From: an uncultured Gammaproteobacteria bacterium
Lineage (GTDB): Bacteria > Patescibacteriota > Microgenomatia > Levybacterales > GWA1-39-11
Length of the DNA stretch: 64,000 nt
Direction: 5' to 3'
Assembly (NCBI GenBank): GCA_964425075.1
Contig: CAYRKM010000002.1
Location: forward strand, 162,898 to 226,897
The position numbers were made by a program, and so were the translations under genes. Shown piece after piece: positions 1 through 8,584 of this stretch. The notes below the pieces were generated by a model, which saw nothing but the letters and a program-made list of their open reading frames with translations, did no database searches and was not told the origin of the DNA. Position 1 is the first letter of the stretch; every line of letters starts with the position of its first letter.

Positions 1-934
1 TTAAATCATGCTCTGACTGAAGACGTCTAGCCTTTGTCCTCATCTCAGGAACTGAAAGTCCCGGGGTGTCATCAATATAAAGAGGGGCTTCCGCAAGCTG
101 CCCCATTGAAACGGACAATTTCTCAAAATCTTCATCTGATAATCGTCCTGTTTTTAACTTCCATGCATCAATATCACCAAGGCTTACAACAAGTCTATCT
201 GCAAGCTCTTCTTTACTCATTTCGAGAGAAAAAACTCCAACTGGCTGCTTATTAACAACAGCAGCATGAGCTGCAATATTAATAACAAAAGCCGTTTTTC
301 CCTGGCCGGGACGTGCAGCAAGAATAATAAGATTTGACTGCTGAAGACCTGATAATAAATTATCAAGATCAGTAAATCCTGTTTCAATTCCGCGAAGTCC
401 TTCACCGTTTCGCTGTAATTCTTCTATTCTGTCGAAACTCTCAGCAAGTGTTTCTTTAATATGTATAAATCCTTGCTTTATATGCTCTTGAGAAACCTTA
501 AATATCTCCTGCTCTGAATGAGACAATATTTCGTTTGCCTCTTTATCCTCAGTAAATGCATCTTCAGTTATCTGGCCACTTATTTGAATAAGAGAACGCC
601 TTACATATTTTTCTCTTATAATTTGTGCGTAATATTCACTATTTGCCGCAGTGGGAACTATGTTAGTAAGAGACGAAAGATAAGCACTCCCTCCTACCTT
701 ATCGTGCATTTTCTTTTTTTTAAGAAAACTAGTTATGGTCAGAAGGTCAATTGGTTTCCTTTCTTCATATAAAGTAAGCATCACATCATAAATTGCCTTA
801 TGTCTTTCGTCATAAAAGTTATCAGAAGAAACAAGTTGTGAAACAGAAATAATTGCATCCTTATCAATAAGAATTGCGCCTAAAACGGCCTGCTCTGCTT
901 CAATATCATGAGGAGGGATACGAACAACTGCCAT
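1..934 (-). CDS. dnaB: replicative DNA helicase DnaB (C-terminal part cut by window edge)
   Basis: Minus-strand ORF running off the window start, absent from the ORF track because it has no in-window stop. N-terminus MAVVRIPPHDIEAEQAVLGAIL; Walker A ARPGQGKTAF; DnaB N-domain architecture. Confidence 0.85.
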   Translation of the reverse strand, partial: MAVVRIPPHDIEAEQAVLGAILIDKDAIISVSQLVSSDNFYDERHKAIYDVMLTLYEERKPIDLLTITSFLKKKKMHDKVGGSAYLSSLTNIVPTAANSEYYAQIIREKYVRRSLIQISGQITEDAFTEDKEANEILSHSEQEIFKVSQEHIKQGFIHIKETLAESFDRIEELQRNGEGLRGIETGFTDLDNLLSGLQQSNLIILAARPGQGKTAFVINIAAHAAVVNKQPVGVFSLEMSKEELADRLVVSLGDIDAWKLKTGRLSDEDFEKLSVSMGQLAEAPLYIDDTPGLSVPEMRTKARRLQSEHDL

Positions 935-942
935 ACATTAAT

Positions 943-1025
943 TAGTAGTAAGTAGGTGGTAAATGGTAGAAAGAGATAAAAAATACTGCTGTTTCCTTGC
1001 TACTTACTACATTCTACATACTACC
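943..1025. repeat. TAG-rich inverted repeat pair (AGTAGTAAGTAG ... CTACTTACTAC, perfect 11-bp arms, loop about 45 nt) in the dnaB 5' region; member of a dispersed TAG-rich family
   Basis: Direct reading: 943-973 TAGTAGTAAGTAGGTGGTAAATGGTAGAAAG and 1000-1025 CTACTTACTACATTCTACATACTACC. The 15-mer CTTACTACATTCTAC recurs at 53651. Confidence 0.6.
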
Positions 1026-1027
1026 TG

Positions 1028-1543
1028 TCATTTCTTTACCAGATATACTATATTCGCGGGTAATTCTTCTTTTTTTCGAAGTGTTACTTTTGTAACTTTA
1101 TTTTCTTTTATTTTTTCTGGAATATTTCCCTCTTCTCCATACACAACTATAATGCCACTTGAAATAGAAGTTAGTTGAGATTCCTCAAGTGGTCCATTTG
1201 CCTTAACAATTACAACGTCAAAGTCATCCTCATCTGTTAATTTTGCAATAGAATCTGACAATACATGTAGTGCTCTTCCTTCTCCATTGTCTATTTCGTA
1301 CTTCGTTGATCCTTCCTGCCTATTACCCTTTACAATAATGCCTCCCGCTTCATATTCACCAGGTCCATAAATGCAAAGGACATCATCATCAAAAGAAGAA
1401 TCACTAGCATCATCAAGAACAATAATTTTTGCGTCGTCAGCTGTTTGAGGGTTAAAAAGAACATGGCCATTTTTGCCAGTAATTTTTAGTGTTTGTTGAT
1501 ACGGTACTGTAAGTTCCATAGAATGTGTCACTAATATTACCAC
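1028..1543 (-). CDS. hypothetical protein (171 aa)
   Basis: ORF with genome-typical composition, co-oriented with dnaB; no confident family match by eye. Confidence 0.45.
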   Translation of the reverse strand: MVILVTHSMELTVPYQQTLKITGKNGHVLFNPQTADDAKIIVLDDASDSSFDDDVLCIYGPGEYEAGGIIVKGNRQEGSTKYEIDNGEGRALHVLSDSIAKLTDEDDFDVVIVKANGPLEESQLTSISSGIIVVYGEEGNIPEKIKENKVTKVTLRKKEELPANIVYLVKK

Positions 1544-1646
1544 TAACCCTCATTCCTTGACAAGGAGAAAACAATCAACTATTATCGGTTAGGCGCATCA
1601 AGACACAAGAGATTTAGAAGTCATCCCCTGTCCGCACTTTATATAA

Positions 1647-2069
1647 ATGAAAGAACGTTTTGTCATAATAATTATTGCAATTGTTGCCGGTCTTTTTATA
1701 ACATCGGCTGGGTTTTTTATATATCAAGCTACCAAAAAGCCTGCAGATGAAAATATTTCAACCAATATAAACGCTTCACCAACAGAAACGCCAGAAAATT
1801 CTTTATACATAAAAATTACAGAGCCAGCAGATGAACTAATAACCAATAAAAGAACACTGCAAATAAAAGGTTCTACAAATCGCAATAATACAGTTATTGT
1901 TTCTACAAATCAGGAAGATGTAACCGGAAAACCAACAAATGACGGAGAATTTTCTATTACTATAGAAATTGATGCCGGTGCAAATATCGTTACGACCCGC
2001 GCGATTTCTCCAAGTGGAGACTCAGTTGAGGACAAAAGAACAATAACTTATTCATCCGAAGAATTTTAA
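1647..2069 (+). CDS. hypothetical membrane-anchored/secreted protein
   Basis: N-terminal TM helix IIIIAIVAGLFITSAGFFIY followed by a soluble beta-rich region. Confidence 0.5.
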   Translation: MKERFVIIIIAIVAGLFITSAGFFIYQATKKPADENISTNINASPTETPENSLYIKITEPADELITNKRTLQIKGSTNRNNTVIVSTNQEDVTGKPTNDGEFSITIEIDAGANIVTTRAISPSGDSVEDKRTITYSSEEF

Positions 2070-2074
2070 CCTAT

Positions 2075-2878
2075 ATGAAAAAAATAATATTCTTACTAAT
2101 AATTTTTCTTTTCCTAAATCAAAATATTGCTTTTGCCCAAAGTAAAACTCCCACTAAAAAACCGACTCCTACTCCTACCGCAAACACATCTCCCACAGAA
2201 AGCGAAGCGCTTGAAAAAATTCAAAGAATTAAAGATATTGTTGCCTCTAAAGTCGCAGAGCTTAATTTGGTAGAAAAAAGAGGAATTATAGGAACAATAA
2301 AACAAACATCTAGCACTCAGATAACAGTAAGGGATTTACACGATAGAAATAGAATTATTGATATCGATGAATTAACTAAGTTTGAAGGAAAAAATGATGA
2401 CAAAGATCTCGGTGTTTCTGATCTTAAAAAAGACACTAAATATTCTTTTGTGGGAATTTACAATAAGGACACTAAAAGGCTCCTTGCAAGAGTAATTTCT
2501 GAATCCTCAACTATTCCAGTGAGCATGCAGGGAGTTATTTCAAAAATTAACAAAGATGACTTTCAAATTGAGGTTATTGATGAAGAGGGGAAAAAGAAAA
2601 ACGTTGATATAGAACGCTCCACAAAAACTAGTGTTTACGATAAAGATGGAGAGCTTGCCAAATCAGGTTTCTCAGATTTTGAAATTAATACAAGAATTAT
2701 GATCGTAGGCTTTACTGATTCTGATGATAAAAATCTTATTGCAGCCACTCGCGTCATTCATTTTGAAAATTTACCCCCTTCAAAGAAAATGCAATCATTT
2801 GTAAGTCTTGGTGAAACTCCAATTTCAAGTGGTAGCGGAAAGAAGCTCGAAACTCGTACCCTTAAAGAAAGCAACTAA
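2075..2878 (+). CDS. hypothetical secreted protein with signal peptide and TPT-rich linker
   Basis: Signal peptide MKKIIFLLIIFLFLNQNIAFA-QS, then KTPTKKPTPTPTANTSPTE. Confidence 0.55.
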   Translation: MKKIIFLLIIFLFLNQNIAFAQSKTPTKKPTPTPTANTSPTESEALEKIQRIKDIVASKVAELNLVEKRGIIGTIKQTSSTQITVRDLHDRNRIIDIDELTKFEGKNDDKDLGVSDLKKDTKYSFVGIYNKDTKRLLARVISESSTIPVSMQGVISKINKDDFQIEVIDEEGKKKNVDIERSTKTSVYDKDGELAKSGFSDFEINTRIMIVGFTDSDDKNLIAATRVIHFENLPPSKKMQSFVSLGETPISSGSGKKLETRTLKESN

Positions 2879-4260
2879 ATCTTTTTAAAAACTTTTGGCT
2901 TCCCTTTTGGCTGATCCAAAATCTCATAACCCATTTTTTCAATTTTATGTCTCATTTGATCGGCAAGATGAAATTTGCCATCATTTCGAAGGCTTTGCCT
3001 TTCATCAACCATCTGCAGAATAGTTCCTGGAACTTGAGTCATCTCCACTGCATTATGAAAAATCTTTACTCCCAAAATCTCATCCATTCTTCCTAAAGCA
3101 GCTGCTTTCTGAGCATCTCCTACATTACTCCTTAACATCTCCCACATAATTGATAGTGCTTTTGGCATATTTAAGTCTTGATTTACTGCATGCAAAAAAT
3201 CCATTTCATATTTATCTGCTGCCCCCTGTGGTTCTGGCAATTTGGATGCTATCTCATATATTTTCTTAAGAGCAACTGAAGCAGCTTCTAAGGATTGCCA
3301 AGTAAAATTCATCTCGCTTCTGTAATGTGTTTGCAGGGTAAGATATCTAAATGCTAATGGTGAAAATCCCTTTTCCAAAAGATCATGAATTCTATAGGTA
3401 TTTTCCAAAGATTTACTCATCTTCGTTTCATTAACCCTTAGAAAACCATGATGCACCCAGTAATTTACGAATTTCTCACCAGTTGCGCATTCGGATTGGG
3501 CAATTTCATTTGTGTGATGAACAGGTATATGATCAGTTCCTCCAGTGTGAATATCAAAATGCAGCCCCAAATATTTCATTGACATTGCGCTACATTCAAT
3601 ATGCCATCCGGGAAAACCCTCTCCCCACGGAGATGGCCACCTAAGGAAGTGGTTTTCAAACCTACCTTTTGCAAAAAACCAAAGAGCGAAATCTTGAGGG
3701 TTTTTCTTATCCTTGTCTACCACCACACCCTCTCTTGAACCAACTTCTTTCTCGTCTAATTCTTGCCCCGAAAGTTTCGTGTAATCGGGAAATTTGCTAA
3801 CATCGAAATATATTGCTTGTGGGGTTTGGTATGTATACCCTTTTTCAATAAGTGTCTCAATGAGTGCAATCTGATCTTCAATATGCTCACTTGCCCTTGG
3901 TGCAACATCTGGTTTTATAGCATTTACCCTTTTTAAACTATCCCAAAAATCCTCTTCAAAAAACCGAGCTACCTCAATCGGCGTTTTTCCGTGTTTCTCT
4001 GCTCCTTTCTCTAATTTATCAATTCCTTCGTCATTGTCTGAAGTCAAATGTCCAACATCTGTTATATTCATTACGTGCTTAACTTCATAATCATTTGCTT
4101 TTAAAACTCGAACCAAAATATCATCTCCGATGTATTTTCGAAGGTGACCGATATGCGTAAAGTCATACACGGTTGGACCACAACAATATATTCCTACTTT
4201 TGCAGGGTTAATTGGAGAAAATTCCTCAAGCTTACGAGTTAATGAATTAAAGAGTTGCAC
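2875..4260 (-). CDS. cysS: cysteinyl-tRNA synthetase
   Basis: HIGH-type motif CGPTVYDFTHIGHLRKY, KMSKSLEN motif, class I CysRS architecture. Confidence 0.95.
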   Translation of the reverse strand: MQLFNSLTRKLEEFSPINPAKVGIYCCGPTVYDFTHIGHLRKYIGDDILVRVLKANDYEVKHVMNITDVGHLTSDNDEGIDKLEKGAEKHGKTPIEVARFFEEDFWDSLKRVNAIKPDVAPRASEHIEDQIALIETLIEKGYTYQTPQAIYFDVSKFPDYTKLSGQELDEKEVGSREGVVVDKDKKNPQDFALWFFAKGRFENHFLRWPSPWGEGFPGWHIECSAMSMKYLGLHFDIHTGGTDHIPVHHTNEIAQSECATGEKFVNYWVHHGFLRVNETKMSKSLENTYRIHDLLEKGFSPLAFRYLTLQTHYRSEMNFTWQSLEAASVALKKIYEIASKLPEPQGAADKYEMDFLHAVNQDLNMPKALSIMWEMLRSNVGDAQKAAALGRMDEILGVKIFHNAVEMTQVPGTILQMVDERQSLRNDGKFHLADQMRHKIEKMGYEILDQPKGKPKVFKKI

Positions 4261-4267
4261 AGCCTCA

Positions 4268-4273
4268 ATTGTA
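4268..4273 (-). promoter_or_regulatory. putative -10 box (TACAAT on minus strand) 7 nt upstream of the cysS ATG (leaderless arrangement)
   Basis: Minus-strand read: ...TACAATtgaggctATG. Confidence 0.3.
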
Positions 4274-4345
4274 CCAGAATGGAGATAAAGAAGAAAGACT
4301 TGGAGATTAAACTCCTAAACATTCCTTAAGAGTTGATTTGGGAAG

Positions 4346-5635
4346 TTATTTAGACAAAGATTTTACTGCTTCCAAAATTTGATTGTCCAAGTTATCTTTT
4401 AGCTTGCTGCTTTGAGTGGCATCAAATTTTATTTCTATGTCTGGTTTTAGTCCCTTTTCATGTACCCATGTGCCTTTTGGAGTTAGCCATTTAGCAATGG
4501 ACACATGCACGCTTCCACCACCATCAATATCTGCTGCTTGCTGAATAGTTCCTTTCCCAAAGGTATTCTCACCTATCAACTTAGCCCTGCTATAATCACG
4601 TAGAGCGCCTGATAAAATTTCAGAAGCTGAGGCTGATCCTTTATTTACAAGCACAACAAGTGGAATGTCTAAAAGCACTCCTCGTCTATTTACACGCAAA
4701 GGTTCTTGCCTCCCACTTCCATCTTCTTGAATAACAATAGGCCCATCCTTTATAAATTCTGAAGCTATATAAACAGCATCATTAAGATAGCCCCCTGGAT
4801 TGTTTCGAACATCCAGAATAATACCCTTGAAATTGGGGGCTTTCTGAATTTGAGGAACCAAGGAGTTAATAGCACTCATCCATTCATCATTTGTTTTGTC
4901 TCCAAATTGAGAAACTCTAATGTAGGCAATGCTTGCACAATTTTGGCAACTGGATGCTACCTGGCAAGAACTACCACTACAATTAAAATACTTTATCCAT
5001 GTAGTGACACTCTTTATCTGAATAACATCTCTTGTTATTGAAATGTCACGTGCATTTTTTTCATTCTCATGAATAATTGTAAGTGATACCTTTGTTCCTT
5101 TTGGTCCCCTTATCTTCTCGACTGCCTGAGCAACAGTCCAACCATAAGTCGTTTTTCCATCCACTTTCGTAATAACATCACCACTTTTTATTCCTGCTTT
5201 TATTGCAGGAGAACCGTCTAAAGGCGAAATCACCTCTACCTGATTTTGGTCGTTGATTGTAAGTTCTGCTCCTATTCCAGAGAATTCACCAGCAAGTTGG
5301 GTCTTAAAACTCTCATTTTCTTTAGGTGGAAAAAATGATGTATATGGATCAGAGAGACTCTGAAGCATTCCAGAAATTGCACCATACACCATTTTGTTTC
5401 CATCAATTTTTGATTTGTCATAGTAATCAGAATTGATTCGCTCGACAACATCATAAAAAAGGCGCATATCAAGCGTAGTTGTAGCTGGTGGAGATTGATT
5501 TTTGATTGCAACAATTGGACGATAATTCTTCCATTGCGCAGCGACTTTATAGTTTCCAAGCAAATATCCTATCCCAATGGATATAAAAATTACGATAAAA
5601 AGCTGAAAGACACGAATGGAAATCTTCTTTGACAT
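4346..5635 (-). CDS. ctpA: carboxyl-terminal processing protease (S41 family) with PDZ domain
   Basis: PDZ GIKSGDVITKVDGKTT; S41 catalytic region NKGSASASEILSGAL with upstream K. Start set to the internal ATG (MSKKISIRV) because the track start is TTG and a TATACT box lies 7 nt upstream of that ATG. Confidence 0.88.
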   Translation of the reverse strand: MSKKISIRVFQLFIVIFISIGIGYLLGNYKVAAQWKNYRPIVAIKNQSPPATTTLDMRLFYDVVERINSDYYDKSKIDGNKMVYGAISGMLQSLSDPYTSFFPPKENESFKTQLAGEFSGIGAELTINDQNQVEVISPLDGSPAIKAGIKSGDVITKVDGKTTYGWTVAQAVEKIRGPKGTKVSLTIIHENEKNARDISITRDVIQIKSVTTWIKYFNCSGSSCQVASSCQNCASIAYIRVSQFGDKTNDEWMSAINSLVPQIQKAPNFKGIILDVRNNPGGYLNDAVYIASEFIKDGPIVIQEDGSGRQEPLRVNRRGVLLDIPLVVLVNKGSASASEILSGALRDYSRAKLIGENTFGKGTIQQAADIDGGGSVHVSIAKWLTPKGTWVHEKGLKPDIEIKFDATQSSKLKDNLDNQILEAVKSLSK

Positions 5636-5739
5636 AGCATCTAGTATATCACCAAAAAAACACAAAATAAAAATAACGCGCTAAATGGAAAATAATTGAA
5701 GTGTCGTTTTGTTTTGACGAGCAAAAATTATAGCCCGCG

Positions 5740-5991
5740 CTATTCAGCGCGAACTATGAAGGGAAGAAAAGCCAATATTCGAGCTCTTTTGACTGCAACA
5801 GTCAATTTTCTCTGGTGCTTACTGCAAACCCCACTTCGTGAACGGCTGTGTATTTTCCCTCTTTCTGAAATAAATCTTTTCAAAATTTCGTACTCAAGAA
5901 AATCAGGATTCTTTTTCTCTTTGCAAAAGAAACACTCCTTTTTCACATCCATCTGTCTTGGTTTTCGTTGTATTGTTTTTCTTTTTGGCAT
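5740..5991 (-). CDS. rpsR: 30S ribosomal protein S18
   Basis: CFFCKEKKNPDFLEYEILKRFISERGKI...RKLTVAVKRARILAFLPF. Confidence 0.93.
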   Translation of the reverse strand: MPKRKTIQRKPRQMDVKKECFFCKEKKNPDFLEYEILKRFISERGKIHSRSRSGVCSKHQRKLTVAVKRARILAFLPFIVRAE

Positions 5992-5999
5992 ATTTTCTC

Positions 6000-6521
6000 C
6001 TAAAAAGGTATGTCATCAGGATTAATGTCTTCTGATGGCGCTTCCTCAGCTACTGCTTCTTCCTTTTTTACTGCTTTTTTTGCACTCTTAGAGTCCTCTT
6101 CCCTGGGTGCATCCTGAGAATAATCCTCATCTTTTACTGCTGAAGAGCCCTCTCTTTTTGAATCAAGAATAATCATGTCGTCAATAACAATTTCCGTTAA
6201 TGATTTTTGCTGACCATCTTGGGCTGTCCAACTACGAGTTGAAAGTCTTCCTTCAACATAAATTTTTCGGCCTTTTGTCAAAAGCTGAGAACATAATTCT
6301 GCAAGCTTGTTCCAAGCAATAATTCTGTGATATTCTACTTCTTCTTTCTTCTCTCCAGACTCAGTAGTCCATCCTCTATTCGTTGCAAGGCCAATAGTAA
6401 CCACTGCTGTTCCCTGAGGCGTATAACGCAACTCAGGATCTCTTGTTAAATTTCCAATTAATTGTACTCGATTAAGTGATCTTGCCATATTTCGAACTCT
6501 TCCGCAAGCTTTAGCTTGCAC
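6000..6521 (-). CDS. ssb: single-stranded DNA-binding protein
   Basis: OB-fold LNRVQLIGNLTRDPELRYTPQGTAV...; acidic tail ending DDIPF. Confidence 0.93.
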   Translation of the reverse strand: MQAKACGRVRNMARSLNRVQLIGNLTRDPELRYTPQGTAVVTIGLATNRGWTTESGEKKEEVEYHRIIAWNKLAELCSQLLTKGRKIYVEGRLSTRSWTAQDGQQKSLTEIVIDDMIILDSKREGSSAVKDEDYSQDAPREEDSKSAKKAVKKEEAVAEEAPSEDINPDDIPF

Positions 6522-6611
6522 TTAAAATACAAGTCATTCAGTGAGAAGTATACCGAAAGTCTCAGCTCAAATTGCCAGTTGGCTATTTGAGCAAGAGTTG
6601 TCGGTATAATT

Positions 6612-6887
6612 CTAATTTACTCTCACTAACAAATGTCTTAGTATACCGTCTTGAATTCTTGATTTATTCTCTAGCTCATCTGAAATTCTTTCGCTACCAA
6701 ACTCAACGAGAACATAATCTCCTTTTAAATTACCCTTTATTGGGTACGCAAATTTCTTCTCTCCAAGTTCGACAATTTTCTCTTTATCCAATTTTCCACC
6801 CCAAGAAACAACGTCTTTTAGAAGCTTTTCCTTGGCTTCTTTTTTAAGGTCGCTTTTCAAAATTAATACTAATTTATAATCACGCAT
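6612..6887 (-). CDS. rpsF: 30S ribosomal protein S6
   Basis: MRDYKLVLILKSDL...YVLVEFG; conserved rpsF-ssb-rpsR order. Confidence 0.9.
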   Translation of the reverse strand: MRDYKLVLILKSDLKKEAKEKLLKDVVSWGGKLDKEKIVELGEKKFAYPIKGNLKGDYVLVEFGSERISDELENKSRIQDGILRHLLVRVN

Positions 6888-6977
6888 AATGTTTTGAGCC
6901 CAAAAAAAACTATTTCCCTTTTGGATTCGTATGACGATGATACTAAAATATGCTCAAAATTACAATAGTCTTTTCTC

Positions 6978-7006
6978 TTGACTCAGAATTTAAGGTGTAC
7001 TAAACT
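6978..7006 (+). promoter_or_regulatory. sigma70-like promoter TTGACT-N17-TAAACT, 9 nt before the htrA ATG (leaderless or near-leaderless)
   Basis: Direct reading: ctcTTGACTcagaatttaaggtgtacTAAACTatttgacgtATG. Confidence 0.4.
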
Positions 7007-7015
7007 ATTTGACGT

Positions 7016-8140
7016 ATGAAAAGACTTGTTATTTCTCTCATAATAGTCTTCACATTGGCCCTCATTTGGGATACATTTTCAAATAATAATCTCCAAAACT
7101 TTTTTTCTTCAAAAATATCTCAAAATGGCGAAAGTGTAAATGTCGTAAAAGAAGAGTCAGCTGTCATTGACATCGTTAAAAAAGTAAGTCCATCTGTTAT
7201 TACAATTGCAGTAAAACAAAAAAAGACAACAGAAGATCCCTTTTCTATATTTTTTAATGAAACACCAGAAAACAATGAACCAATTCCTGAAGAACAATAT
7301 ATTGGCACAGGTTTTGTTGTCAGAAAAAATGGAGTTATTGTAACTAATAAACATGTTGTTTCAGACACCAGCGAAGATTATATTGTTGTTGATGAAAAAG
7401 GGAATAAATTCGATGTTGAAAATATTTACAAAGATCCGGTTAATGATATTGCTATCATTTCAATTAAGAACCCGCCCATCAATGGTCTACCGGTTATTAC
7501 TTTGGGCAGTTCAAAAAATCTACAAGTAGGGCAATTTGTTGTTGCTATCGGAACTGCTCTTGGAGAATTTAGAAATACAGTTACTACGGGAGTTGTTTCA
7601 GGACTTGGTCGCGGAATTACCGCAGGCAGCCCATATGAGAGATTTACGGAAAGACTTGATAACGTTATTCAGACTGATGCTGCAATAAATCCCGGTAATT
7701 CAGGTGGTCCTCTATTAAATTCTAAAGGTCAAGTAATTGGCGTTAACACTGCTGTTTCAAGTCAGGGTCAGAATATTGGCTTTGCAATTCCAATTGATAC
7801 TGTAAAAGAGTCTCTTAATAACTTCACCAAAACCGGTGAATTTGAGCGCCCATTTTTAGGTGTTTCATATAATCTCATCTCGCAACGTGCAGCACTCCTA
7901 AACGAAATGCCACAGGGAGCACTTGTTCAAGACGTTGTTAAGGATTCAGCGGCTGAGAATGCAGGAATCAAACCAGGAGATATTATTACAGAAATTGATG
8001 CACAGAAAATTAATGACACTGACAAAACAATTGCTGCTATTATTTCAAAGAAAAAAATTGGGGACACAATAAAAATTAAAATATATAGGGACAATAAAAC
8101 AGAAGAGGTTTCTGCTAAACTAAAAAAGGCAGAACTTTAA
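7016..8140 (+). CDS. htrA: HtrA/DegP-family serine protease with C-terminal PDZ domain
   Basis: His region TNKHVV, Asp DIAII, Ser GNSGGPLLN; PDZ GIKPGDIITEIDAQ; N-terminal TM. Confidence 0.92.
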   Translation: MKRLVISLIIVFTLALIWDTFSNNNLQNFFSSKISQNGESVNVVKEESAVIDIVKKVSPSVITIAVKQKKTTEDPFSIFFNETPENNEPIPEEQYIGTGFVVRKNGVIVTNKHVVSDTSEDYIVVDEKGNKFDVENIYKDPVNDIAIISIKNPPINGLPVITLGSSKNLQVGQFVVAIGTALGEFRNTVTTGVVSGLGRGITAGSPYERFTERLDNVIQTDAAINPGNSGGPLLNSKGQVIGVNTAVSSQGQNIGFAIPIDTVKESLNNFTKTGEFERPFLGVSYNLISQRAALLNEMPQGALVQDVVKDSAAENAGIKPGDIITEIDAQKINDTDKTIAAIISKKKIGDTIKIKIYRDNKTEEVSAKLKKAEL

Positions 8141-8141
8141 T

Positions 8142-8537
8142 ATGTCGGATAATGGAAGCATAATGAATGCCGTACTTGAGGGAATCAAGGATATTGGCAA
8201 AGGAGCAGTTGAACAAGTTACTGGAGTCTCTTCTGGATCAGGAAAAGTAATGCTTGATCAAATAACTGGAAAAAAAGAAGATACGGAGGAAGAACTAAAG
8301 AAAAAACAACAAAATGCGCAAGTGCATGCTAGTTCAATGCAAATAGACGCAAGGATACAACAAATAAGAAAACAAAAGGAAGAAGAAAGAATACAGCAAG
8401 TTCAACAAGAACTAAAAAGTGAATCCCCTCCCGCTACTCTTGAAGATTCGCCTAATCCTGGGCACACAAATAATATTGCACTTGAACGTGCTCAAACAAA
8501 AATGGAAAATGAATCAGCCCGCGCAGCAAAAGGATAA
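8142..8537 (+). CDS. hypothetical coiled-coil protein
   Basis: Charged K/E/Q-rich ORF immediately after htrA. Confidence 0.45.
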   Translation: MSDNGSIMNAVLEGIKDIGKGAVEQVTGVSSGSGKVMLDQITGKKEDTEEELKKKQQNAQVHASSMQIDARIQQIRKQKEEERIQQVQQELKSESPPATLEDSPNPGHTNNIALERAQTKMENESARAAKG

Positions 8538-8584
8538 CCCCTCCTCCACTATCAGCTAGCTTAAAAATGTTGTAAAATCTCTAT

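Noticed and set aside
1028-1543. Assignment of the 171-aa ORF as ribosomal protein L9 (expected next to dnaB), an MBL-fold hydrolase or PTS-IIA-like
   Set aside because: It has no L9 N-domain signature, no HxHxDH motif, and only a superficial ILVTHS resemblance. It is left as hypothetical.
5735-5757. Hairpin CGCGC-TATTCA-GCGCG as an rpsR operon terminator
   Set aside because: It overlaps the 3' end of the rpsR coding sequence and lacks a convincing downstream U-tract on the transcribed strand. It is noted only as a weak possibility.
5696-6025. 109-aa + strand ORF overlapping rpsR
   Set aside because: It is antisense to a well-conserved S18 gene, its composition is C/F/S-rich, and no motif was found.
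6572-6847. 91-aa + strand ORF overlapping rpsF
   Set aside because: It is antisense to a conserved S6 gene and looks like an antisense artefact.
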